Under the pieces are notes generated by a model, which saw only the letters and a list, made by a program, of their open reading frames with translations, was not told where the DNA came from and made no database searches. A stretch of DNA of 32,000 nt from Pirellula staleyi DSM 6068 (GTDB lineage: Bacteria; Planctomycetota; Planctomycetia; Pirellulales; Pirellulaceae), in the NCBI GenBank assembly GCA_000025185.1, contig CP001848.1:5370001-5402000 (forward strand), written 5' to 3'. The position numbers were made by a program, and so were the translations under genes. Positions within the stretch are counted from its first letter, which is position 1. Every line of letters starts with the position of its first letter. This document shows positions 15,901-21,877 of this stretch, one piece after another.

Positions 15901-18832
15901 CACGATCAGCGCCGGGACCTCGATCACGATTAACGCCGGCGATAACGCCACGCTCGAAGCGGGAAGCCGGCTCGCCGCTGGAACCACCGTCAGCGTGACG
16001 ATTGATGCGGCGAGTGCGGATGTGGGTGGCGCGACGCTGAGCTTTGCAGGGGATATCGACGCGGTGAGCGCGACGTTCACCGGCGGCGCGGAGATCGATA
16101 CGTTCAACGTCCGGCCCGATCAAGACAATGGTCTCGCGAGCACACCGATCAGCATTTTTGGTGGCGATCCGACGATGCCTGCGGGCGATCTTTTAGTGCT
16201 CGATATCACGGGACTCGGCGTGCCGACATTGACGCTCGGCGCAGTCAACTACAGCGGCGTTTGGTCGTTCGGCGCGTCGGCGGCAGGGGTTGCGTATAGC
16301 TCGATTGAAACGGTGCAAACGACGCCGCTGACGTCGGTCTACAACCTCGTGCTCGACATGCGAATCGCCGGCTTCCAGAACGGCGCGGCCGACGCGATCG
16401 AGATCTTCCTGAGTGCACCGAACGTGTTCGAAGTCGAGGTGAATGGCCTCGGCAAGTTCAGTGGCCAGGCCGATACGATCAACAGCTTCACGGTGATCGG
16501 TAGCAGCGATAGTGAGTCGCTGACGATTCGCGAAACAGCAGCGGGACTCCCGAGCTTCGACGGCGCTGCGCCGCTGGTCGACAACAGCCTCGCGTCGGGT
16601 GGTGTGAGCAATGGCGCGCACTTGAATATAGCCGCCGATGCTTACTACACCGCGAGCAATCTGACCGATGTGACGATCCACTTCGATGGCGGACTCGGCG
16701 ATAACAGCCTCGCGCTCGAGCTCCTTACTGCCGCTGATGTCGGTTACTTCAGCGACGTCCTCGATGGTCAAGGAAGTGGCAACGTCGGTGTGGGGCCGAG
16801 TGGCGCGCCGCTGACCCTCGTCAGCTTCGCCGACCTCGACACGCTCATCCTCGACGGCGCTGGTGGCAACCTCGTCGTCGATGCTTCGAGCAGCACGAGC
16901 ACTGCCGATATCGAGATCAGCGACGATGGTGCAGCAGCTGATGGCGTGACCGAGATCACCGCCGATACGGGTCTCGTCGCGACGACCACCTTCGAAGGTT
17001 TCCTCGCGCTCGACCTCATCGCGGGTGGCGGCAACGAAGCGATTGATCTGGTGAACATCGACAGCACGTCGAGCCTCACGAGCATCGATATCGTGGCTGG
17101 TTCGTCGCTCGCGGCGACCGACAACAGCGCTCACACGGTTCGCATCCACGCGATCAAGAGTGGCGTGCCCGTGACGGTAACGGGCGACATCGGGGTCGAC
17201 ACGTTCCAGGTGTTTGACAGCGGGAATTCCGCATCGAACATCGCCTCGACTCTGTCGTTCAATGGCGTTGCCGGGGACGACGACTCGCTGATCGTCGTCG
17301 ACAGCGGAAGTGTGTCGGCCGACTCGGTCGTCATCACGCGCACCACGATCGAAGGGCTCACGATCGCAACGGGAACCGACATCACGTTCACGAGCATCGA
17401 CGATCTCGATGTGACGACTTCGGGCGGCGCCGATACGATCCGCGTCAACATGACCGAAGCGGCGAATGACCTCGACACGGCTGTTGTCAGTGGCGCGAAC
17501 TCGAACGATCAGTTCTACGTCAACGCGGCCGATTTCCTCGCGCGACTCACGCTCAACGGTGGTCTTGGCGACGACACGTTCGGCGGCACACCATCGAGCA
17601 CCGCGCCCGGCTATCTGCTGAGCGCCAGTGAACTCGACGGCGTCGACGACATGATTCGCCCGAGTCTCACAACCCCCTTCTTCATCAACGGCAACGATCC
17701 CTCGGTGCTCCCAGGCGATGTGCTGAACATCGATGTCTCGGCGCTCGGTGGTGGACTTGCCGCGACGAGCCCCGTGCTCGTCAGCAGCGGACAAGTCCTC
17801 AGCTCGACGCACGCCACCGTCACCTTCACGACGATCGAAGATCTCAATCTGGCCGACGATGGCGAGATGACGAGCGCCACGGTGAGTGACATCTACATCC
17901 GCGGCACCAATGGCAATGACACGATTCAGTTCGCTCGCGCCAACACCACACTCGAGCCCAATCGGACTCGCGTGCAGATCGGCTCGAGCTACACCTACCA
18001 CAACGTGCCGGGCAAGACGCTCGTCTACGGCCGCGGCGGCAACGACATCATCAACCAATCGAACCTGCAGATTCCCGCGGAATTCTACGGCGAAGCAGGG
18101 GATGACTTCCTCACCGGCAGCTTCAATAACGACCTCTTGGTCGGTGGTCTCGGTAACGACCGCATCAACGCCAGCAGCGGTAACAACATCGTCTGGGGCG
18201 ATGATGCTCCAACGAGCGACGAGCTCAATCCGCACGAGCTCAACATCGGTGGCAACGATACGCTGAGCGCGCTCGGCGGCAACGACATCTTCTACGCCGG
18301 TGGCGGCAACGATAGTGTGAGCCCAGGTGCGGGTGACGACTGGATCCACGGTGGCTACGGCAACGATCAGCTGAGTGGCAGCTCGGGCAACGACCGCATT
18401 TACGGCGCTCAAGGGAACGACACGATCAGCGGCGATGTCGGCGACGACTTCCTGAGCGGCGGCGATGGCGACGATCGGCTGTACGGCCGTGACGGCAACG
18501 ATGTGCTGATTGGCGGTGACGGCGTTGATCTGGTCGACGGCGGCAACGGCAACGACCTGGTGCTCGCGGCGATCACCACTTACCAAGGGACGAGCGATAC
18601 GGCGACGAGCAACACGTATAACAGCGCGGTCGACGCCGCGATGCTCGCGCTGCTGGTGGCCTGGAACAGCGGCGGCCCTGTCGCCGCGAATCTCACCCAC
18701 ACCGACGACTTCGACCGCGACACCGTTTACGGCGGCAGCGGCAACGATCTCTTCGGCACCCACACCAATGCCGACCCCCTCACCAGCGACATCCGCGGCG
18801 ACTTCAACAACTCCCAAGACACCAGCCTCTAA
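9902..18832 (+). CDS. Giant secreted/surface repeat protein, paralog B (2,976 aa): PATR-type repeats, duplicated 415-aa module, beta-helix-like body, C-terminal RTX-type Ca-binding repeats
   Basis: Single ORF from ATG 9902 (GGAG 11-14 nt upstream) to TAA 18830-18832. The N-terminus is KRRAFRRMLVESLEQRQVMA with no hydrophobic Sec h-region. It has G.G.L.K.G...L.L...N.Y.GGT.I..G.L units (autotransporter-associated beta-strand repeat type). The signature GYDQVNVTGTV...YISYAGGDGNDIVLS lies at 13264-13513. The body is T/S/G/N/A/V-rich, and a GGxGxD block lies at 18029-18565. I found no Cys residue by eye in the whole translation. Confidence 0.92.
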   Translation: MSIRSNRSSSTDYSTASKSTNKSQREAHAKSRMQSPKRRAFRRMLVESLEQRQVMATLVWDGGGDAINFADSANWDLLGVDQAPTSGDTLVFGGAAAGTLINNTTPGNTYAMQFNAPGYVITGNSITLNQAVSDLATTSMVPNGFAIRSSAGVNNTVNTPLILSGSNTIDVAASTGFATGGAISGGGSLTKTSNGQYTLRGANTFGGGVVHTAGAIRAEHAQAFGTGTISVTGTAVTLLWWNTPYQRVENNWILSGTGGFDSKTAIYADGAGGGSPDITLAGTITLVGSGSIGGNSANNITVTGQITGAGSLVKGGSRGDENSTLTLMNPANNYTGGTTINRGTLKAGANEVIPHAAGNQVVTVGAGTALDLSVFSETINSLAGTGTVRRTGGVIPLTNFTGDADSDISLAKTYTHKLDFNAGATVATVNGVAFDAGVQVGPNYTLNATAAAAGVPTGVTPPTDGTSVLLEDFYYNANPTQVTLTGLTPGTMYEVRLYHRRWQPYTNRTQRFVFDEDGAGVASTILYHDVDASATPNYMTYRYIATGSAMTINVHLANNTSSTYHIYGLTNEVVSGSLTTPTLLVSGTTDNSFNGTLDGYGTIQKSGSNTQGFGGTGSFAGNLNVTQGSISVGSATGLASANVNVSSGANVRLNYGSGNGVIANNFTLQGLGTAGDGKSTIYGDGGGSGLAEYVLSGTITLGSNASIGGNDQNHITVTGQVTGAGGLFKGQTRSDEASTLTLTNPANNYQGGTVINRGRLRTGANEVIPHTLASNSLVVGAGTSVDFGIYTETIGSLSGSGNLMRSGSVLAPVLFDSDATSGISSSKTYTHALDFNAGASVATINGVNFTNAGNSGGNWTLTGAGFAFSNTSTGILSPTDGTHTLLEDFLYAGNPAVLTLSGLVPGTTYETRLYNRRWGADDRTNVLIFDEDGAGPASTTIRFNEDASATPNYLTYRFVATSSSVAISFRPNNSTTASYHFYGVTNEVVAAPATPQLSIVQTTNGLFSGAISGVGSVEKQGAASLTLSGASTYSGGTTITGGILLASNASGSATGTGPVQGSGASTLGGTGSITGAVTLAATSTLAPGASPETLATGNLALGNNTALAIEIGGTAPGNGVTGYDQVNVTGTVSIGSGVALNLTQLSGFTVNPAALQTFTIVSNDGSDAVTGTFAGLAEGAAISYAGGTLYISYAGGDGNDIVLSSQPLLAGTSLADEFVITGDGTTYTVTRTNSSGVVTAVYTNPVAQILNILGAGGDDTLIVRSSGASTDPIPTGGIVFDGQAQTMSLFGDTLRVEGASSQTATYVPSSTTFGSGTVTIAGIGVITFVGLEPLDLSGFGVANVNFPNANEIISINTGFDSATGTIPALVVSGSSGGVSFEQVHLSGNTVVNIDTVASGVDGADLITIAGAANAHGNTNLNINAGAGADIIDVNGLMSVVGATSSIALTSGGSINVNSTITAGLSVNLSAGTGSITDGNGATANVVTTVAGGSLVASAAQGINLDTSVVNLTATNSTSGTVNIDDADGLNIQSVTNNNAPVVITAAGIGNVVVENLNAGTGAVTILVNNGNIESGAADGGAADIVGGVTTLTLTQTSRRIGNGAANRLEINATQLIVTGGAAGTQTTPNQVHIVDTAGGLSISDSSIGAADNTVFDLLVQNGSLVGDGETDRDIGAVTIILEVTGATSTIGALTAGLRINAATTTPGGRVDAKTAGTAASNITLVDTTDNFPIGVIDAGLGDVRLVTLNSGAVITDNANDALVDIIANRLWFESIAGVGVGSLGNLETQVNNLEATTGTGGIGLANTGNVTLGGATATVTGVRATTGGSINVSSTGNIIISETVTTAGTNNNITLTAAGSLTSNAVISSTGLLGVTANGGTLSTTAAMTSSGTLTAFSTGNMSIGGTTTSTAGDVSLTSSGGTFLSSAAISSAGLFTGSSAGSFTANSTITSVGNLTATAGGDMTINANLTASGGASSVLLTTTDSAASQNFLLEGSTLATISAGTSITINAGDNATLEAGSRLAAGTTVSVTIDAASADVGGATLSFAGDIDAVSATFTGGAEIDTFNVRPDQDNGLASTPISIFGGDPTMPAGDLLVLDITGLGVPTLTLGAVNYSGVWSFGASAAGVAYSSIETVQTTPLTSVYNLVLDMRIAGFQNGAADAIEIFLSAPNVFEVEVNGLGKFSGQADTINSFTVIGSSDSESLTIRETAAGLPSFDGAAPLVDNSLASGGVSNGAHLNIAADAYYTASNLTDVTIHFDGGLGDNSLALELLTAADVGYFSDVLDGQGSGNVGVGPSGAPLTLVSFADLDTLILDGAGGNLVVDASSSTSTADIEISDDGAAADGVTEITADTGLVATTTFEGFLALDLIAGGGNEAIDLVNIDSTSSLTSIDIVAGSSLAATDNSAHTVRIHAIKSGVPVTVTGDIGVDTFQVFDSGNSASNIASTLSFNGVAGDDDSLIVVDSGSVSADSVVITRTTIEGLTIATGTDITFTSIDDLDVTTSGGADTIRVNMTEAANDLDTAVVSGANSNDQFYVNAADFLARLTLNGGLGDDTFGGTPSSTAPGYLLSASELDGVDDMIRPSLTTPFFINGNDPSVLPGDVLNIDVSALGGGLAATSPVLVSSGQVLSSTHATVTFTTIEDLNLADDGEMTSATVSDIYIRGTNGNDTIQFARANTTLEPNRTRVQIGSSYTYHNVPGKTLVYGRGGNDIINQSNLQIPAEFYGEAGDDFLTGSFNNDLLVGGLGNDRINASSGNNIVWGDDAPTSDELNPHELNIGGNDTLSALGGNDIFYAGGGNDSVSPGAGDDWIHGGYGNDQLSGSSGNDRIYGAQGNDTISGDVGDDFLSGGDGDDRLYGRDGNDVLIGGDGVDLVDGGNGNDLVLAAITTYQGTSDTATSNTYNSAVDAAMLALLVAWNSGGPVAANLTHTDDFDRDTVYGGSGNDLFGTHTNADPLTSDIRGDFNNSQDTSL
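10685..12868 (+). repeat. Intragenic tandem duplication in gene B: two ~415-aa modules with a 1,245-nt period
   Basis: SKTAIYADG...NPANNYTGGTTINRGTLKAGANEVIPH...KTYTHKLDFNAG...YHIYGLTNEVV (10685-11623) parallels GKSTIYGDG...NPANNYQGGTVINRGRLRTGANEVIPH...KTYTHALDFNAG...YHFYGVTNEVV (11930-12868). Anchor residues are offset by exactly 1,245 nt. Nucleotide identity is roughly 75-80% in the stretch I compared (10871-10980 vs 12117-12230). Confidence 0.85.
15658..17081. repeat. Right arm of the large inverted repeat, inside gene B
   Basis: See the left arm. It encodes B residues ~1920-2393 (GGTFLSSAAISSAGLFTG ... GGGNEAIDLVNIDSTSSLT) in the gene B frame. The left arm encodes the same segment in the gene A frame. 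Confidence 0.9.
18029..18565 (+). repeat. RTX / hemolysin-type calcium-binding nonapeptide repeat block (coding, C-terminus of gene B)
   Basis: More than a dozen consecutive GGxGxD-type units: GRGGNDIIN, GEAGDDFLTG, GGLGNDRINA, GGNDTLSALGGNDIFYAGGGNDSVSPGAGDDWIHGGYGNDQLSGSSGNDRIYGAQGNDTISGDVGDDFLSGGDGDDRLYGRDGNDVLIGGDGVDLVDGGNGNDLVL. Confidence 0.85.
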
Positions 18833-18880
18833 AGCGGCCAGAGAAGGCGAGAGGCGGGAGACGAGAGAATGCCAGAGGCT

Positions 18881-18901
18881 AGGAACTAGGGACTAGGGAC
18901 T
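18881..18901 (+). repeat. Three tandem heptamers (AGGAACT AGGGACT AGGGACT) inside a polypurine tract
   Basis: Read directly from the sequence. The 7-nt period puts TAG at 18887, 18894 and 18901, one in each reading frame. Confidence 0.8.
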
Positions 18902-18970
18902 AGCAAAAGACGGAGCAGAGCAGAGAAGCAGAGGAAGAGAGAGCAGCAAAGCCGAGTTCCAGGCTGAAAG

Positions 18971-19015
18971 CAAAAAAGCCTGTATCGCAAGCGTTTGAAG
19001 CTCGAAATACAGGCT
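18971..19015 (-). terminator. Candidate intrinsic terminator for the minus-strand oxidoreductase gene
   Basis: On the minus strand a 9-bp stem, AGCCTGTAT-(21-nt loop)-ATACAGGCT, is followed directly by TTTTTTG. It lies 110 nt downstream of the stop at 19125. The large loop lowers confidence. Confidence 0.5.
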
Positions 19016-19030
19016 CGGAGGTTGTTTCAC

Positions 19031-19059
19031 CGAGCAGCTGAAAAGAAGTCAGCTGCTCG
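19031..19059. terminator. Perfect 10-bp hairpin between convergent genes (CGAGCAGCTG-N9-CAGCTGCTCG)
   Basis: The inverted repeat is read directly. It lies between the gene B stop (18832) and the oxidoreductase stop (19125). The flanking T-run is poor on both strands. Confidence 0.35.
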
Positions 19060-19124
19060 ATAGGTTTGTGGACGCCTTGTCGATCAAGGTCCTTGTCGGC
19101 TTGGACTAGTCGGCGGGGGGCTGA

Positions 19125-20597
19125 TTAGGCGATTTCGGGAAGCTCGAAACCTTTGCGATACTCGCGCGTGAAGAGTTTGTTCGCTTCTTCGCTAGTCGAA
19201 AGTTCGGTCTTCGGATCGATCGTCAACTCTTGGCCGAGATAAAGCTTGGTCGCATTGAAGTCGACGTTGTTTTCCTTCAAGTGAGCTTCGAACGTTTCAA
19301 ACGTGTCGAGGACATACTTGTTATCGGAAAGCAATTCGGGACGAGTCCCTTCGGCCACTGCTTTGCCGGTTCGGACCGAAACGTTACCGAGGTGAGCCAG
19401 GGCGCTCGACAGGTGGCCATCTTCGATGTCGAGATGCAGATCTTTGTAGTTGCGGCTCTGAATCGCTTTCACAAAGTTGCCAAAGTGGGCCTGATAGTTG
19501 CCACCTTCCCACTTACCAAGTTCCTTGCCGTCGTAGTCGAACGCGACCCCCGAGGTATAGTTCGGACCGACCACGTAGCCATCGGTGCCGTACCAAATGT
19601 TGCAAGCGCCGGTGAAGGGCTTGGTCCCCTTGAGGCCAAAAGTGACCGGGGTCTTGATCGGTAGACCACGCACGTCGGAGATGGCGATGGCGTCGTCCCA
19701 CTGATAGATCGTGACCTGGTTGTTGTAGACATCACCGTTATCGACGTAGCCGAGACGTCCGCCGATGCTGACCACCTTGTTGGGCAACTGCTGCTGACGA
19801 AGTCCCCAGCGTGCTTTGTCGAGTTCGTGAGGGTTCTGGTTCCCTAGATCGCCGTTGCCGGTCTCGAAAACCCAGTGCCAATCGTAGTGCAGACGCTTAC
19901 GAACCGGGACGACGTTCGACGCTGGTCCGGCCCAGAGGTCGAAGTTCATACCCTCTGGAATCGGGGCTGGGGTGTCGACCATGCCAATGCTGTCGCGCTT
20001 GCGGTAACAGATAGCTTTGGCGACCTTCACCGGGCCGATCTTTCCGCTGTGGACGAAGTCGAGGGTGGCTCGCATGCCGGTCATGCTGCGGCTCTGCACA
20101 CCCATCTGGCACATGCGGCCGAGTTTGCGTGCCCACTGGGTGATGACACGACCTTCGTGCACGTTGTGGCTGCAAGGCTTTTCGACGTAGACATCTTTGC
20201 CTGCTTGCATGGCCCAGACGGCCATCACAGCATGCCAGTGATTGGGGGTGGCGATCGAAACGGCATCGATCGACTTGTCTTCGAGCAGTTTGCGGACGTC
20301 TTGCTCGTAGCGGGGTGGATGGGCCATCCCTTTGAACTTGCTCTCGTGCTTTTTATAGGCAGCGGGATCGCAGTCGCAAATGGCGACGAGGTCGACTTCG
20401 GGAGTCTTCATCCACTCGCCGATGTGGGCTCCACCTTGCCCATTGACGCCGATCACAGCGACCCGAATTTTTTCGTTCGGGGAGACCGCTTTGACGGCGG
20501 TTTCTTCAGCGTGGACTTCTGCACCACCGCGAGCGAGTGCGGCGATCGCCCCGGCGATCATCGACTGCTCGACAAAATGACGACGTGTTAGCTTCAT
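19125..20597 (-). CDS. Gfo/Idh/MocA-family NAD(P)-dependent oxidoreductase with twin-arginine (Tat) signal
   Basis: Track ORF 19125-20849, trimmed to ATG 20597 (MKLTRRHFVEQSMIAGAIAALA...). The trimmed start has a strong AAGGAG 7 nt upstream and a TRRxFV Tat motif. It carries the Rossmann motif IRVAVIGVNGQGGAH and the EKP motif VYVEKPCSHN typical of the family. Confidence 0.85.
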   Translation of the reverse strand: MKLTRRHFVEQSMIAGAIAALARGGAEVHAEETAVKAVSPNEKIRVAVIGVNGQGGAHIGEWMKTPEVDLVAICDCDPAAYKKHESKFKGMAHPPRYEQDVRKLLEDKSIDAVSIATPNHWHAVMAVWAMQAGKDVYVEKPCSHNVHEGRVITQWARKLGRMCQMGVQSRSMTGMRATLDFVHSGKIGPVKVAKAICYRKRDSIGMVDTPAPIPEGMNFDLWAGPASNVVPVRKRLHYDWHWVFETGNGDLGNQNPHELDKARWGLRQQQLPNKVVSIGGRLGYVDNGDVYNNQVTIYQWDDAIAISDVRGLPIKTPVTFGLKGTKPFTGACNIWYGTDGYVVGPNYTSGVAFDYDGKELGKWEGGNYQAHFGNFVKAIQSRNYKDLHLDIEDGHLSSALAHLGNVSVRTGKAVAEGTRPELLSDNKYVLDTFETFEAHLKENNVDFNATKLYLGQELTIDPKTELSTSEEANKLFTREYRKGFELPEIA

Positions 20598-20842
20598 GGC
20601 GAGGCTCCTTAGAATTGGGCTATATCGTCCGCGCGACACCGACGTCGGGAGAAGGTTGTTGGTCGAGCGGGCGACCTTATGGCCACCTGTGGGGAAAATA
20701 CGATCACGCAGAGTCCCGCGCGAAGCCTTAAGAATACTGGCAAAAATTGCTGCGTGAAAGTGCGAAACGGTGCCGAAATGGGCTCGAAAAGGAGTAGCGC
20801 AGCCCATTTTTCGGGAGGAACCGCGCGGCTGCTCGCCTTGGG

Positions 20843-20883
20843 TTGACAAAGCGCGCCCTCCCGGGTAGATAGCTTCCTAGGAA
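20843..20883 (+). promoter_or_regulatory. Candidate sigma70-type promoter (TTGACA-17 nt-TAGATA) with an adjacent perfect 10-bp palindrome TTCCTAGGAA; possible MarR autoregulatory operator
   Basis: TTGACA at 20843-20848, TAGATA at 20866-20871 and the palindrome at 20874-20883, 39 nt upstream of the MarR ATG (20922). MarR-family proteins typically bind palindromes overlapping their own promoter. Planctomycetal promoter rules are poorly known. Confidence 0.35.
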
Positions 20884-20921
20884 ACAATATTGCGATTCTT
20901 TTTCTCCGAGAGGTCGAGCGT

Positions 20922-21386
20922 ATGGCCCAGACACCCAAAAGTGTCAGCCGACTCGAGAGTCACTTGGGCTACTGGCTCCGGTTTGTCTCGAATCACGTTT
21001 CGCACAGCTTCATGCAAAAAGTGGAGAGCAGGGGAGTGACGGTCGCCGAATGGGTGGTGCTGCGCGAACTGCTCGAGGGGGGGGAGATGCGACCGAGCGA
21101 TCTGGCGCAAAAGATTGGGATGACGCGTGGTGCGATTTCGAAATTGGTCGAGCGGCTGTGTGTGAAGAAGCTCGTAGCGCGGCAAGCATCGTCGAGCGAT
21201 GGACGCGTGCAGCAAATTGAGCTCACCGCGCAAGGGAAACGGCTTGTGCCGATGCTCGCCAAACTGGCTGACGAAAACGATCAGCAGTTCTTTGGGCATC
21301 TGACGAGTGAAGAGCGCCAGATGCTGCATGGGCTTCTGCAGTCGCTGGTGAAAACGCATGGCTGGAAAGAATTGCCGGTCGAATAG
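20922..21386 (+). CDS. MarR-family transcriptional regulator (154 aa)
   Basis: Track ORF. The winged-helix region GVTVAEWVVLRELLEGGEMRPSDLAQKIGMTRGAISKLVERLCVKKLVARQASSSDGRVQQIELTAQGKRL matches the MarR/SlyA pattern. Confidence 0.85.
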   Translation: MAQTPKSVSRLESHLGYWLRFVSNHVSHSFMQKVESRGVTVAEWVVLRELLEGGEMRPSDLAQKIGMTRGAISKLVERLCVKKLVARQASSSDGRVQQIELTAQGKRLVPMLAKLADENDQQFFGHLTSEERQMLHGLLQSLVKTHGWKELPVE

Positions 21387-21442
21387 TTTTCGAAGAAGCA
21401 CCGTCCAGGACCGTACTGAAAACCTCGTGGGAGCAGGATGGA

Positions 21443-21847
21443 ATGAACGCCGAACAGACAGCAGCGATTCGAGCTTGTGTGGCAGGTTCGCTCGCTGGAA
21501 CTTTGCAGTTTCCACAAATTGTCCAGCAGCTGATATCGATTGGGGTCGAGCGTTATCACGCCGACTACAGCCGACAGGAAACCACGTACTACTTGACCAG
21601 TGGCGAATCATTGGTGGTGGAGGTGCCCCACGAGGCACAACCAACGGCGATGGAGTTCTCGGCGTCGGCTGTGGAGCAAGCGGTGCGACAGAGTCAACGC
21701 GGCGAGCACTCGTATCGGGACTTTGTTCGCAAAACGCAAGCTGCCGGATGTGTCGGGTACTTTGTACAGCTGACCGGCCGACGGGTGATCTATTTTGGAC
21801 GCTGCGGCGAAAGTCATGTCGAGTTGTTTCCGAGTGCTTCTAACTAG
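21443..21847 (+). CDS. DUF1398-family protein (134 aa)
   Basis: Track ORF. ...GSLAGTLQFPQIVQQLISIGVERYHADYSRQETTYYL...GEHSYRDFVRKTQAAGCVGYFVQLTGRRVIYFGRCGESHVELFP matches my recollection of the DUF1398 (PF07166) consensus. It lies 56 nt after marR on the same strand. Confidence 0.6.
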   Translation: MNAEQTAAIRACVAGSLAGTLQFPQIVQQLISIGVERYHADYSRQETTYYLTSGESLVVEVPHEAQPTAMEFSASAVEQAVRQSQRGEHSYRDFVRKTQAAGCVGYFVQLTGRRVIYFGRCGESHVELFPSASN

Positions 21848-21877
21848 CGGTGCTGCTTGCTTGGGAGAAAGAAAGCA

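Noticed and set aside
10400-16100. Regular sequence periodicity that could suggest a CRISPR array or satellite
   Set aside because: The periodicity is at protein-repeat level (~20-30 aa units and a 415-aa module) with diverged nucleotide sequence. There are no identical short direct repeats separated by unique spacers.
1-17081. Inverted repeats read as the ends of a composite transposon or IS-bounded island
   Set aside because: No transposase or integrase ORF lies in or near either arm. The arms are in-frame coding sequence of two paralogous genes, and homology continues at lower identity beyond the arms. I saw no terminal-inverted-repeat or target-duplication features.
9842-18817. Long antisense ORFs inside gene B (9842-11596 with 584 aa, 11813-12550, 13541-15268 with 575 aa, 14878-16107 with 409 aa, 16193-18817 with 874 aa)
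   Set aside because: Open antisense and off-frame reading frames are expected in GC-rich, codon-biased, repetitive genes. The products are R/G/A/D-rich with no domain signatures. The 2,976-aa plus-strand ORF explains the region.
20598-20849. 84-codon N-terminal extension of the oxidoreductase ORF (track start 20849)
   Set aside because: The internal ATG 20597 has a near-perfect AAGGAG RBS and starts directly with a Tat signal (MKLTRRHFV). The extension would bury that signal.
20877-21644. 255-aa minus-strand ORF
   Set aside because: It is antisense to the marR and DUF1398 genes and has no recognisable features. The plus-strand genes have clear family signatures.
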